Assembly: GCA_024405515.1 (NCBI GenBank)
Contig: JAKSOR010000002.1
Span: 14,062-78,061 of the forward strand
DNA: 64,000 nt
Reading direction: 5' to 3'
Origin: Clostridia bacterium
GTDB lineage: Bacteria; Bacillota; Clostridia; Christensenellales; CAG-917
Each line of letters starts with the position of its first letter. Within the stretch, counting starts at the first letter, position 1. The notes beneath the pieces are model-generated. The model did not search any database. It was not told the DNA's origin and saw nothing but the letters and a program-made list of their open reading frames with translations. A program made the translations under genes and the position numbers. Positions 1 through 10,348 of this stretch are shown here, one piece after another.

Positions 1-3000
1 CAAAGTTTTCAGTAATCTTATAGAGATATGTCACATCGTTATTATCACCGTCAATAACTCTGTATGTTACTTTGTTTATAACAGAACCGGCCTGTTTGAT
101 TGTGGATGATTCATCGAAATCATATTCAAGTGTGTGACCCGGTTCAAGACTTGCGGCGCCCTTAATCTGGATTGTGTTCTTGTCTCCGTTAGTAAGAGGA
201 GTACCGTCATAGACTTTGGTGAGTCCAGGGGATGTGATGGTTATTTCTCTCAGAATAATTGTAAGATCTCCTTCATAAATAACGATATTATAAAGGTCGC
301 TTAAATCAATTTCATTTTCTTCGTCCATCATGTATACATCAGCTGCTGCCGAGTTCTTTCCTGACTTTTCTGTTGCCGAACCATAAACATTGACTCTGAG
401 GATATGTCCTATTTCCGTAAGGACGCTGCCTGAGAGAATTTCCCATTCATCGCATGTAAGAGGAGTACCGTCATATTTCTTTTCGGCGCTGAATGTAAGA
501 AGGATGATATTGCGTTTTGTAACTGTAAGAGTGCCGAAATCCTCATTAACTGTATAAACATATGTAACATCATTACCGTCTTCATCAAGTACTGTTACTG
601 TGTATGCGTTCGGGACTCTGCCAGGTTCTGTGATTTCTCCCGTTCTTTCACATACGACTCTGTGTCCTTCAAAGAGATTTGTATCATCAATGAAGAATGA
701 GGTGTCATCTTCTGAGTCAAGAATGAGAGGAGTACCGTCGTATTCTTTTTCATCACTGCCTGATGTGACAGATATGAACTTCTTGTAAAGCTTTAATTTT
801 CCGTAGTTTGTATTCTGGAAATTGTAGTTTGCTGTCATATCGTGGTTTTCACCGTCCATAACGATGAAATCAGCGGTGTTAGTTACTTCGTAGTATTTCT
901 CGCCGGTCTTGATATCGGTCTTAAGTTCTGCGCCGGCAGGAATCTCGGTAATGGAGGTCCAGTTTGTTGCAGTATAAATTGAGTGACCGCTTATGAGTCC
1001 GTCTCCGTCTGTGTAAACATATTCAGGGCAGGTAAGGGCTGTCTTGCCGTCATAATATCCTGTCTTGGATGCTGTTGTGAGTGTTACATTCTTCGGCATG
1101 ATGATAAGATCACCGTAATGATAATCAATTTCAAAGCTTGTATCCTCAACAGAATTTGCATCAAAGAGCTGAACCGTGAACGTGTTAGGTGCAGTCTGTG
1201 CGTTACCGTCTTTTGTCTTACCCGTGATAGTTACCTTTATTGTGTATCCTGCTGGTAGTTCTGAATATTCATAACCATCCGGATCACCTGCAAGCGGTGT
1301 ACCGTCGTAGAATTTAGCCTTTTCGGAAGATTTTACTGTGATAATCTTTGCTGCGACAGTAAGTTCACCGAATTCTTCGTTTACTGCATAGTATCTTGAA
1401 ACATCTTCACCGCTTTCTTTATCCGTGATAGTGTATTCGGCAGTGTTTAATGTCTTTCCGATATCCGTAATGGTTCCGGTTACTGTTACAAGGAACTGAT
1501 GAGAATCAAGTACGTTGCCTTCGATGGAATAGGTATCTTTTGTAAGAGGCTCGCCATCGTAGATCTTGCTTGCAGAGCCGGTTCTTAATATTACGGAAAT
1601 GCGTACAATCTGAAGTTTTCCGAATTCTTTAATTATATTGTAGTATGATGAAGCATCATTTCCGTCTTTGTCGGAAACTGATACGATGAAATCATTATCG
1701 ACTTCGCCGAGTTCTTTAATTGAAGAAATACATTCTACGAATTCCTTGTCTCCGCCTACAAATGAAGAACCGTCCTTTAATGTATAACTGTTCTTTGTGT
1801 GAATCTCGCCGTCATATGGCCAGTATCCAGGTGAAGAGACGATTGTCACATCTCTCTTTGTGATTTCGATAGTACCTTTTTCGTATGTTACAGAGCATGC
1901 CGAAGTAATATCAACAGGTGCTGCGCCCGGATTTTCAGGATCTCTCTTTGTGATATGGAATGTATCAGGGATGATTTCGCTTTCGTAGATGCCAGGTACG
2001 GTGCCTTCGCCTCTGAACATAGCTGTGAAATCATATCCGAGTGCTCTTAATGCCTCAATTCCGCCGAGTTCCTTAAGACCGATGACTTCAACAACAGATG
2101 CTGTATGTGAAACACCATCGTACTGTGCTGTGACATCCTTAGGTTTTACTGTGATTGTGAGGCTGTCCGGGATAGGCGGGATGACAGGTGATTCTTCTCC
2201 GTGTTCATGCATATGACCACGCTCACCACCGGTTACCTCTACCTGGAACCATCCGTAGTTATCAATATATACCTCGACCCATGCGTGTGCACTTTCGAAC
2301 GTGATATCCACAGGAGTATTTGCTTCAGTGATTTCTGTCACAAATCCTTCAACAAATCTTGCCGGAATTCCGAGGGCACGGTAGAGCATTGTAGCTGCTG
2401 TGGCAAAGTGCTTACAGATACCGCTCTTATACTGTGAGAGGAATGCAATGGCTACGTTTTCGGCGCTGTCAAGAGCCATGTCATATGTGAGTGAGTAGTC
2501 AGCGCTTGCCTGGATATATGATGCCACACCGGCTATCTTCTGATAGAGTGAGAGAGCAGGGTTATTAAGGTCATTATCTTTGATAATGCCATCCATAAAC
2601 TGCTTCGTGTCGGTATCTATTCCGAGGTATGTACTGTGTACATAACTGTTATAAGCATTTAATTCGCTTTCGTATTCACTGCCTAAAGATATGCTGCTTC
2701 CGAGCAGATTCTGTAAATCACTCATGGTCATTGTGTAATAACCTACTGTGTATGCAGCTGATGAATTGCCCGTGTATGCGGCATCGCTTGTCTGAACCTG
2801 GTATGTTCCTGATTCAGGGTCCATATAGTAAGGAAGCGGATATCCGAAGTCAAGATAAGATGTGATGGTTGCTGTATTTAAATCCTTGCCGTATTTTTCA
2901 AGGATAAGTGATGCAATATAATCAGCGCTTACCTGTTTTCCGTTAACAGTAATATGATTTGATGAAGAGGATACCATATTAAACGGAATGAAGCCGGTCT

Positions 3001-6000
3001 TTGCATATGAACCGTATGCGTTTATCTTAAGGTAAATCACGGAAGGTGCAGTGGTGAGAACGGTAAGCATCGGCTGATCCTCATCCTGTTCATCCTTTTC
3101 TTCCTCATCAGTGGCATATACTGTGAGTTTTCCGAAAATGACATTTGGTGAGTACAGTGCTGTCACATCATTTCCGTCTCCGTCCGTGACCTTGAACTTT
3201 GTCATGTCTACTGTATTGTCTTTGGTTGTTGTTTCTGTTGCGGTTCCTGTATTTGAACCTGTAGCTGCAGTAAGGATAGTATCATCAATGACGTCCCCGT
3301 CTCTTAACTGTGCAAACAGAATGTCCACTCTTGGGTTAGTAAGAGGTGTTTCATCAAAGTCTTTGGAATCTGATGCCGACTGGATGATTACGATTAATCC
3401 CGAAACAGTGAGTTCACCGAATTTTTCATTTACTGAATAGTATTTTGAGAATTCCGCATCAGAAACTCTTGCACCGGTACTGTCTTCAAGCCAGTATGCT
3501 ACTGTGTTGTATACTGTGCCAGGTTCGGTGATTGTTACATACGGATCTTCGTGACAGAATCTGTATCCTTCCTTAAGTTCATCTGTGTTGAGGGAGATGA
3601 TATCGCTTGAGTGTGGATTTCCGTCATAAATCCATGTTCCTGAACCGGTTATTATTTCAAGGGTTCTTTTCTTAATGGTGAGCGTACCCTCTGTTGTCTT
3701 AATTTCGTATAAGGCGGATACATCCTGATCATCTCCGTCAAGGATGCTGTATGTGAATGTGTTCTTTGAAGAACCGATACCTGTCTGTGAGCCGGTTATA
3801 CTGAATACGATATGGTGATCCTCGGAAAGCAGGTGGTCATCAATTTTATATGCTGTCTCATCATTGAATACAAGTGCCTGTCCGTCCTCAAGTTCATCAA
3901 GAAATACTGTCTTTGAAAGTGTGGTGAAGGAGATGAACGGATTTCCTATATAGAAGAGGTTTTCTACTTTTGTGATTTCGTAGAATTCAGTAAGTTTTTC
4001 TTCAGGATTGCTCTTAAGCACTATTTCACAGAGGGTTATTTCATTTGGTGTGCCTTCTGTGTATTTTGCAGCGAGTGTAACGGTTTCTGTTACAAGGATA
4101 TGGCCGCTTACGAGTGAACCGCTTGTAATCTTTACGACATTATGGTTATATGTCTTTCCTGCTTCATAAATATCGTGCCATTCCTCACTCTCTACCGTAA
4201 TCTTACGTTTAAGGATAGTGAGCGTTCCTTCCTCTTCCGTTATATCGTAGTTGGAAGTTGCATCTTCTCCTGAAACATTCATTACTGAAAGTGAAGTGAA
4301 GAATATTGTGTATTCGCCAGGTATTGTTCCGAGCTGAGGCGTGTCATAGAGAATATAATCCGAAACTGCGAGGCCGTCTGTTGAGACAATGAAGTCCTCT
4401 TTTCCGTAGTATTCTCCGGAATATTCATAAGCTGCATTCTTAAGTCTTACCGAAAGCGAAATCTTGGTAATTTCAAGGTAAGCATCTTCGTTTACGGAAA
4501 TAATGTAGTTGTCCGTGACGTCCTCATCATCGCTGTCCTTAATTTCGATGGTTACGCTGTTTAATACCCTTGATACGTTCTTAATCTTTACGTAATCTTT
4601 TGCGGATGCCGTATGTCCCGGAACTAACTGTGAAACGCCGTCATTTAATACTTCCTCGAAATCAGGAAGTGAATGCTCTGTTCCGTCATAATTCCATGTA
4701 GTGCTGCCGATGACAAAGCTTATCGGGCGTGCTGAAATTGTGAGGGTGCCTTTCTCTTCTATTATGACATTGTAGTTTGAAGAGACATCCTCATGTACTG
4801 AATCCTCAACTATTCTATAGAATGAGATTGAAGTGATATCGTTTGTGTAAATGCCGGCATTCTTTTCTTTTGTTGTGGTTATCTCAGTATTATCAGGTAC
4901 AAATCCCTCATCGAATGCTGCTGTGTAGAGACCTTCAAGATATTCTCCGTCATATACTTTTTCAGCAGAAAGGGTAGTGATTGTGTATGTTCTTCTTAAA
5001 ATGAGAAGTTCACCGGTAATATATTCAATTGAGTAGTTTGCTGTCACATCACTTTCGGATGAGTCTTTTATGATAACGGTAAGAAGGTTCTTTACTGAAG
5101 TCTCGCTGCCGTCCGCACCAAGCGTTACATCTGTTACCTTTGTGTATTCGGAAACAGAAGCGGCATGTCCCGTGACAAGAGGTGTTGTCTCTGAAACGGT
5201 GAATGTGCTGCTGTACTGGTATTCCTTATTGTACTTTGATGTGAGTGAACCTGTGGTTATTGTTACAGGTCTTGGTGTAACTGTAAGTGTTCCGTATTCA
5301 TCGGATACGGAGAAATTGTAAAGATCTGCGTATGAAGGATCTAATGAGAATGCAAGAACGTTATCTGTTCCTTCTGCAGCTACATCTGTGACTGTAGTGA
5401 ATGAAGTGCAGGTAAGAGAATGACCTTCAAGCAGTGATCCTGTGCTGAAGTGGTAACCGGCACCGTATTCTTTATAAGAGTGTTCTTCTCCGTCGTAAAC
5501 AAATTCCTGTGACTCGGTTACTATTTCAAGTGTTCTCTTTGTTATTTCAAGTGTGCCAGGGATTATGGTGAATGTATAACCGTTTGTATAGTCATTACCT
5601 TCTTCATCCTGGACAAGAATTGATGACAGATCGATACCGATTTCACTACTGTATGTACCGATATCCTTTCTTCCGCCGGTGAATACGAGGCTGTCTGTAA
5701 TGATTATATGACCTTCCGCAAGCTCACCGTCTGTAATCGTGAATGCTGTTGTGTCTGTCTGTCCCTGGGTTTCCGCATTGTATTCAAGAGATAAATCGGA
5801 AACAGTGATTTCGATTTCTCTTCCGAGAATTGTAAGAATTCCGAAATCTTCGGTTATATCGTAGTTTGCCGTTACGTCATTTTCGGTTGCCTTATCAAGA
5901 ATTACAATGGTAAGGGCATTTTCTTCAGAACCTATTTCTGTAACGGATGTGTATTCTGTTACTGAGATTTCATGTCCTTCTAGAAGAGCATTTGCATCCT

Positions 6001-9000
6001 CATATGATACAGAGTCGTTATAAAGAGGTGTGCCATCATAAGGTTTGCTGTCGGACTGTGACTTGATTGTGATAGGACGCTTTGAAATTGTTCCGTTGCC
6101 GTTTATAAATGTAATATTATAGTTTCCAGTTGAATCATAACCGGTTGCTTTCTTTGTTATTTTAAGTTTTGCCTTTCCTTCGGTATCAAATGCCACTCTG
6201 AATTCCTGGATGCCTGCATCAGAACCTGAGGTGAGGGTGATAAGTGAAGGAAGTATTTCATCTACGGTTTCCACAAGACCGTCTGTTGTGAATGTGCCGC
6301 TTAGAGGCGTGCCGTCATAAATCTTATCTGTAGGAACGGTTGTGATGGTGAGGTCTTTCTTTGTTACTGTAAGAACACCGTCCACACATGTGATATCGTA
6401 GTTTGAGGTCACATTGTTTTCAGATGAGTCTTTGATTACCACATTGCCAAGAGTGGAAGCGCCTGTTCCGGCGTCTGTTATTGAACCTGATGCAACGGCA
6501 GTGGCTGAGTGGCCTGAGATAAGACCTGAAACAGTGAATGTCGAAGGTGCATTAAGAGCAGTTCCGTCATATGTCTTTTCATTATCATCGGCTGTGAGAG
6601 TTGCTTCTTTTGGAAGAACCTTGATCTTTGCCAGTACGTAGGTGATAGTGTAGTTCGCGGTTACATCATTTACTCCGTCAGTAACTGAAACAGCAGTGAA
6701 TTCGTTTTCAGTATATGTTACGTTTTCGGCATCATATACTACGTTCTTATAAACTGTGGATGCCGATACAACAACTGAATGGCCGGAAGCAAGTCCCTGC
6801 TCGGAAGTGATTTCAAAATCGGTAAATGTATGTTCTTCAGCATCGTAGGTGAAGTCCTCACCGAGTGTGGTGATTTCAATTTCACGTGATGTGACAGTTA
6901 TTGTTCCGTCTGTATAGGATATATCGTAGTTTGAGGTCACATCGTTTCCGTCAGCATCATAAATAACAGCATCAGAAACAACAAGTGAATCTGTTCCTTT
7001 GTCTGTTAATGAACCGGATACTGTTGCTTCTGCCGTATGACCTTCCACCAGATTATCCGTAGTGAAATCAGTATCGGCGGCGGTAAGCGGTGTGCCGTCA
7101 TATATCTTAGAGATTGAATTTCCTGTAAATGTTATTTCACGGGCAGTTACACTCAGTGTTCCGTATGTCCATACTATGTCATAGCTGAGTGTGGCATCAT
7201 TTTCCTCATCACCGATACGTACGGTGAATTCATTATCCACATCGGTTATTACATCCTTTACGCCGGTTGATGAAATAATGCTGATTTCATCTCCTGAAAT
7301 AAGACCGTCATAAGTGAAGCCCTCAGTGAAATACTGCTCCTCTCCGTTATAAGTGAATTCCTTATCCGGGGTTGATATGCTGAGCTGACGGGCCGTGATT
7401 GTGATTGTGCCCGTTGAGACATAAACGAATGAATAGTTTTCAGTGACATCATTTCCGGATGCATCTTTTACATTGAATGTTATCTCATTCGGTGTACCGT
7501 CTGAAACTGCATAAATTACTTCGGTGAATGTATCTGCATCGGCAGTATGTCCCGAAATAATGCCGTCAAGTGAATAGCCTGTGCCTTCTTCGTGATTTGA
7601 GTGTTTTTCTTTATCGTATTGGAATGAAGCATCATATGTAGTGACTGATACTTCTTTAGGAAGAACAGTAAGTGTTCCGTATACGTATGTGATATCGTAG
7701 TTCGAAGTCTTGTCGTTTGCACCGTCTGAAACGGAAACGGTGAGGATATTGTCAGTGCCGTCTGTTATATAGTGAACGGTTGTTTCAGCATTAAGAAGTT
7801 CAGCAGTTTCGCCTGAAACTGTCTTTGTATCGGATGTGATCTCAAACGTGGTTGCCTGGTGATCTTCATCATCATAGGTCCATGTATCACTTGCCGTTGT
7901 TACTGTTATTGCACGTTTTGTGACCTCGAGTGCACCTTCAGTGGTCTCAATATCATAGTTGTCTGTTACATCCTCATCTCCGTCAGATACGGTTACAGAC
8001 TCTATTGTGTTAGAGGAAGTTCCTGCATCTGTCTGTGAACCTGTAATGACCACGTTAAGTGAATGTTCGCTTATTAGTCCTTCTGATGTGAATGTACTGC
8101 AGGTAAGTGCAGTTCCGTCGTATTCTTTTGAATCGTCATCCGAAACAACAGTTAATGATTTCTGTGTGACTGAAAGTTTTCCGTAAGTGTACGAAATAAG
8201 GTAGTTTGCAGTGGTATCAGTGCTGTCTTTCTTTACGGATATCTCAAACTGGTTATCCTTTCCGGACTCTGATACATTCTTTATAGTGCTTACAGAAGAT
8301 GCAACGACTTCGGCTGTTTCACCGCTTGCAAGTGAAGTGCCTCCTGTAACTGAGAAACCGGTCCATGAAAGTTCTTCGCCCGTGTATTCAAAAGTCTTGC
8401 TTTCTGTTGTGACTGACAAAGGACGTCTTAAAAGAGTGAGGGTACCTGTTTCATAGGTGATATCATACTGTTCTATTACATCTTTGCCTTCTGCGTCCTC
8501 AATTCTGTAAACAATGAGATTGTCTATGCTGTCCTCATTACCGTCAGTATCAAAGAATACATCTGTGATTGATGTGGTACTGAGTACTTTTATTGTCTGG
8601 TTAGGGGCAAGGCGGTCTGCACTGATTCTGTCATCAGAAAGCGGAGTGCCGTCATATGTTTTTGAAGCAGTAGGGGTGGTGACAGTGAGAACTCTCGGTT
8701 CTACTTTAACTGCTCCGTACTGATAGTTAATGGTGTAATTTGAGGTTACATCTTTTTCACCGTCTTCAACTTTAATCTCAAAGAGATTTACGAGATTTCC
8801 TACTTCTTTAATCTTTGTATCTGATGTGAATACGGCTTTCTGTCCGTTGGCAATTCCAAGGTCACCTACGGTGACAAATGAGTTCTCGAAATGTTCTGTT
8901 CCGTCATATTCGAAGGTTTTGCTGTTCGATTTGATGGTTATAACCCTCTTTTCGATAGAAATGTTGCCATATTCATATGAAATCTTATAGTTGAATGTGT

Positions 9001-10330
9001 TGTTTGTTTTATCTTTGCTGAGGATATTACATACGATTCTGTTTACTGCTGTTGAGCAGTCTGTGATTTTTTCACAGGAAACAACTTTTACCGTATCTTC
9101 TCCTGCAAGCTTGAGTTCTGAAATGACTTCAGTGTTTTCAGCAGAGTGAAGCTGTCCGTCATAAATCCATGACTCCGTAGCGCTTTTGATTGTTACCGGA
9201 CGCGGTGTAACCGTAAGAGTTCCGAATGTATATACAATGCTGTAGTTTGCCGAGATATCTTCACCGTTTCCGTCCTTGACAGAAAGAACGAGTGCATTTT
9301 CGACTCCCTCGCCATTTACATCCTGAACTTTGGTTGAACTCTCAACAACAAGCTGGTGCCCGTCCACAAGGCCATCCTGCATGAAATCTGTATATTCATG
9401 AACTGTTCCGTCATAATATGATGAATTTGACGGGGTGGTTACATAGATGAGTTTCTGTTCAACCGTGAGTTTGCCGAAATTCTGAATAAGGTTGTAGCGG
9501 TCAGTTACGTCAACGCCGTTACTGTTTATGATATGGAATTCAAGTTCATTTGATACCGAACCTACATTTGTTATGGACGGGAGAGGGAGAGTGCAGATTA
9601 ACGTATCTCCGAAAACAGATGAAAGTGAACCTTCTGTTATCTCATATCCGTCAGGGATTCTGACAGTAAGCGGTGAGGCTGAGTAAGTAGCTGTTTCCGA
9701 AGAAACTTTGATGGTCAGGAATCTCTTTTCAAGAGTGAGGTCCGAAGAAATAATATTAAGGTTATACGAAGAAGTTACATCTTCTCCGTCCTTGTTTAAT
9801 ATCTTGATTGCTGATTCTTTAGGGGTTACTTTGGTGGTTGATTTTGAAGGATCCTCAAAAATAAACTCTGAGCAGGTTATTGTATCCTCGTAACTTAAAT
9901 CTGCCCTGACAGTAGGAAGATCTCCGTAAGTAATTTTGTTTTCGGCTATATAAACATTTGTCTGCTGCGGCAGAATGGAGAATGCATGCGGAGAACCGGT
10001 ACGTTTTGTGCCGAAAATTCCCTTGGATACGGCTCGTACCTGATAATCACCTATTTCAGTAGGGACATCGGTGGTCCAGGTTATGCCGTCTGTACTGTAT
10101 TCATAATACACATCCTGCATGATTGCTCCTGCAGTATATGTGATTTCATTTCCGTAAATAAAGGAATCAGGGCAGTCAGCATCTGTTACTGTTCCCGTGA
10201 TTCCCATAAGGGTAGCGGTAAGGGCAAGAACAGCAGCTACAGCAAGAATAAATATGAATCTGTAACGGAAAAAGAACTTTCTAACTTTAGCAAGTTTTTC
10301 CATTTTCTGTTGGTATTCTTGATACAACAT
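1..10330 (-). CDS. Giant N-terminally anchored surface protein, partial (more than 3440 aa; C-terminus lies beyond the left edge). It is built from tandem ~75-80-aa YDG/MBG-like repeats with one embedded transglutaminase-like core.
   Basis: Hand translation of the minus strand. AGGAGG (10340-10345) lies 9 nt upstream of the ATG at 10330 and gives MLYQEYQQKMEKLAKVRKFFFRYRFIFILAVAAVLALTATLMG (hydrophobic anchor). An alternative in-frame ATG is at 10303. I translated the first ~450 codons without a stop. Frame continuity was confirmed at 2220-2440 and at 1-300. The ORF is missing from the track because it has no stop inside the window. No other frame holds a long ORF across 1-10330. The repeats carry YDG(T/Q)P/L, GH.L, a D(V/I)T..Y motif and G.LT(V/I), as in the neighbouring 1536-aa paralogue. 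Confidence 0.85.
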   Translation of the reverse strand, partial: MLYQEYQQKMEKLAKVRKFFFRYRFIFILAVAAVLALTATLMGITGTVTDADCPDSFIYGNEITYTAGAIMQDVYYEYSTDGITWTTDVPTEIGDYQVRAVSKGIFGTKRTGSPHAFSILPQQTNVYIAENKITYGDLPTVRADLSYEDTITCSEFIFEDPSKSTTKVTPKESAIKILNKDGEDVTSSYNLNIISSDLTLEKRFLTIKVSSETATYSASPLTVRIPDGYEITEGSLSSVFGDTLICTLPLPSITNVGSVSNELEFHIINSNGVDVTDRYNLIQNFGKLTVEQKLIYVTTPSNSSYYDGTVHEYTDFMQDGLVDGHQLVVESSTKVQDVNGEGVENALVLSVKDGNGEDISANYSIVYTFGTLTVTPRPVTIKSATESWIYDGQLHSAENTEVISELKLAGEDTVKVVSCEKITDCSTAVNRIVCNILSKDKTNNTFNYKISYEYGNISIEKRVITIKSNSKTFEYDGTEHFENSFVTVGDLGIANGQKAVFTSDTKIKEVGNLVNLFEIKVEDGEKDVTSNYTINYQYGAVKVEPRVLTVTTPTASKTYDGTPLSDDRISADRLAPNQTIKVLSTTSITDVFFDTDGNEDSIDNLIVYRIEDAEGKDVIEQYDITYETGTLTLLRRPLSVTTESKTFEYTGEELSWTGFSVTGGTSLASGETAEVVASSVSTIKNVSESGKDNQFEISVKKDSTDTTANYLISYTYGKLSVTQKSLTVVSDDDSKEYDGTALTCSTFTSEGLISEHSLNVVITGSQTDAGTSSNTIESVTVSDGDEDVTDNYDIETTEGALEVTKRAITVTTASDTWTYDDEDHQATTFEITSDTKTVSGETAELLNAETTVHYITDGTDNILTVSVSDGANDKTSNYDITYVYGTLTVLPKEVSVTTYDASFQYDKEKHSNHEEGTGYSLDGIISGHTADADTFTEVIYAVSDGTPNEITFNVKDASGNDVTENYSFVYVSTGTITITARQLSISTPDKEFTYNGEEQYFTEGFTYDGLISGDEISIISSTGVKDVITDVDNEFTVRIGDEENDATLSYDIVWTYGTLSVTAREITFTGNSISKIYDGTPLTAADTDFTTDNLVEGHTAEATVSGSLTDKGTDSLVVSDAVIYDADGNDVTSNYDISYTDGTITVTSREIEITTLGEDFTYDAEEHTFTDFEITSEQGLASGHSVVVSASTVYKNVVYDAENVTYTENEFTAVSVTDGVNDVTANYTITYVLAKIKVLPKEATLTADDNEKTYDGTALNAPSTFTVSGLISGHSATAVASGSITDAGTGASTLGNVVIKDSSENNVTSNYDITCVDGVLTVTKKDLTITTVPTDKIYDGTPLSGTFTTDGLVETVDEILPSLITLTSGSDAGIQEFRVAFDTEGKAKLKITKKATGYDSTGNYNITFINGNGTISKRPITIKSQSDSKPYDGTPLYNDSVSYEDANALLEGHEISVTEYTSVTEIGSEENALTIVILDKATENDVTANYDITEDFGILTILGREIEITVSDLSLEYNAETQGQTDTTAFTITDGELAEGHIIITDSLVFTGGRKDIGTYSSEIGIDLSSILVQDEEGNDYTNGYTFTIIPGTLEITKRTLEIVTESQEFVYDGEEHSYKEYGAGYHFSTGSLLEGHSLTCTSFTTVTDVAAEGTDNVLAFSLDPSYADLYNFSVSDEYGTLTVTPRPVTITTGSLTSKYNKEYQYSSTFTVSETTPLVTGHAASVSEYTKVTDVTLGADGSETSVKNLLTVIIKDSSESDVTANYSIEYITGELLILRRTYTITTLSAEKVYDGEYLEGLYTAAFDEGFVPDNTEITTTKEKNAGIYTNDITSISFYRIVEDSVHEDVSSNYNVIIEEKGTLTISARPISFVIGSTTWNYDGTEHSLPDFEEVLNDGVSQLVPGHTASAKDYVKIKNVSRVLNSVTIEIKDSDDEDVTDNYIISVNEDAYLEITKISLSVRLKNAAYEYSGEYYGKEDFIVSTDGLAVSDYILYDTPQLGTIPGEYTIFFTSLSVMNVSGEDATSNYDITEEEGTLTILKRKITVESEEWHDIYEAGKTYNHNVVKITSGSLVSGHILVTETVTLAAKYTEGTPNEITLCEIVLKSNPEEKLTEFYEITKVENLFYIGNPFISFTTLSKTVFLDELEDGQALVFNDETAYKIDDHLLSEDHHIVFSITGSQTGIGSSKNTFTYSILDGDDQDVSALYEIKTTEGTLTIKKRTLEIITGSGTWIYDGNPHSSDIISLNTDELKEGYRFCHEDPYVTITEPGTVYNTVAYWLEDSTGARVSDAEFSKYYSVNEKFGELTVSGLIVIIQSASDSKDFDETPLTNPRVDILFAQLRDGDVIDDTILTAATGSNTGTATETTTKDNTVDMTKFKVTDGDGNDVTALYSPNVIFGKLTVYATDEEEKDEQDEDQPMLTVLTTAPSVIYLKINAYGSYAKTGFIPFNMVSSSSNHITVNGKQVSADYIASLILEKYGKDLNTATITSYLDFGYPLPYYMDPESGTYQVQTSDAAYTGNSSAAYTVGYYTMTMSDLQNLLGSSISLGSEYESELNAYNSYVHSTYLGIDTDTKQFMDGIIKDNDLNNPALSLYQKIAGVASYIQASADYSLTYDMALDSAENVAIAFLSQYKSGICKHFATAATMLYRALGIPARFVEGFVTEITEANTPVDITFESAHAWVEVYIDNYGWFQVEVTGGERGHMHEHGEESPVIPPIPDSLTITVKPKDVTAQYDGVSHTASVVEVIGLKELGGIEALRALGYDFTAMFRGEGTVPGIYESEIIPDTFHITKRDPENPGAAPVDITSACSVTYEKGTIEITKRDVTIVSSPGYWPYDGEIHTKNSYTLKDGSSFVGGDKEFVECISSIKELGEVDNDFIVSVSDKDGNDASSYYNIIKEFGKLQIVRISVILRTGSASKIYDGEPLTKDTYSIEGNVLDSHQFLVTVTGTITDIGKTLNTAEYTITDKESGEDVSRYYAVNEEFGELTVAAKIITVKSSEKAKFYDGTPLAGDPDGYEYSELPAGYTIKVTITGKTKDGNAQTAPNTFTVQLFDANSVEDTSFEIDYHYGDLIIMPKNVTLTTASKTGYYDGKTALTCPEYVYTDGDGLISGHSIYTATNWTSITEIPAGAELKTDIKTGEKYYEVTNTADFIVMDGENHDMTANYNFQNTNYGKLKLYKKFISVTSGSDEKEYDGTPLILDSEDDTSFFIDDTNLFEGHRVVCERTGEITEPGRVPNAYTVTVLDEDGNDVTYVYTVNEDFGTLTVTKRNIILLTFSAEKKYDGTPLTCDEWEILSGSVLTEIGHILRVNVYGSATEKSGKNSAAADVYMMDEENEIDLSDLYNIVIYEGDLTIILREITITSPGLTKVYDGTPLTNGDKNTIQIKGAASLEPGHTLEYDFDESSTIKQAGSVINKVTYRVIDGDNNDVTYLYKITENF
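2220..2440 (-). other. Transglutaminase-like core inside the giant protein. The Cys and His are present; the third triad position reads Glu instead of Asp.
   Basis: Reverse translation gives QYKSGICKHFATAATMLYRALGIPARFVEGF...ESAHAWVEVYIDNYGWFQVEVTGG. The Cys codon is at 2414-2416 and is in frame with the start at 10330. Confidence 0.75.
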
Positions 10331-10348
10331 TACTGTCCGCCTCCTGTA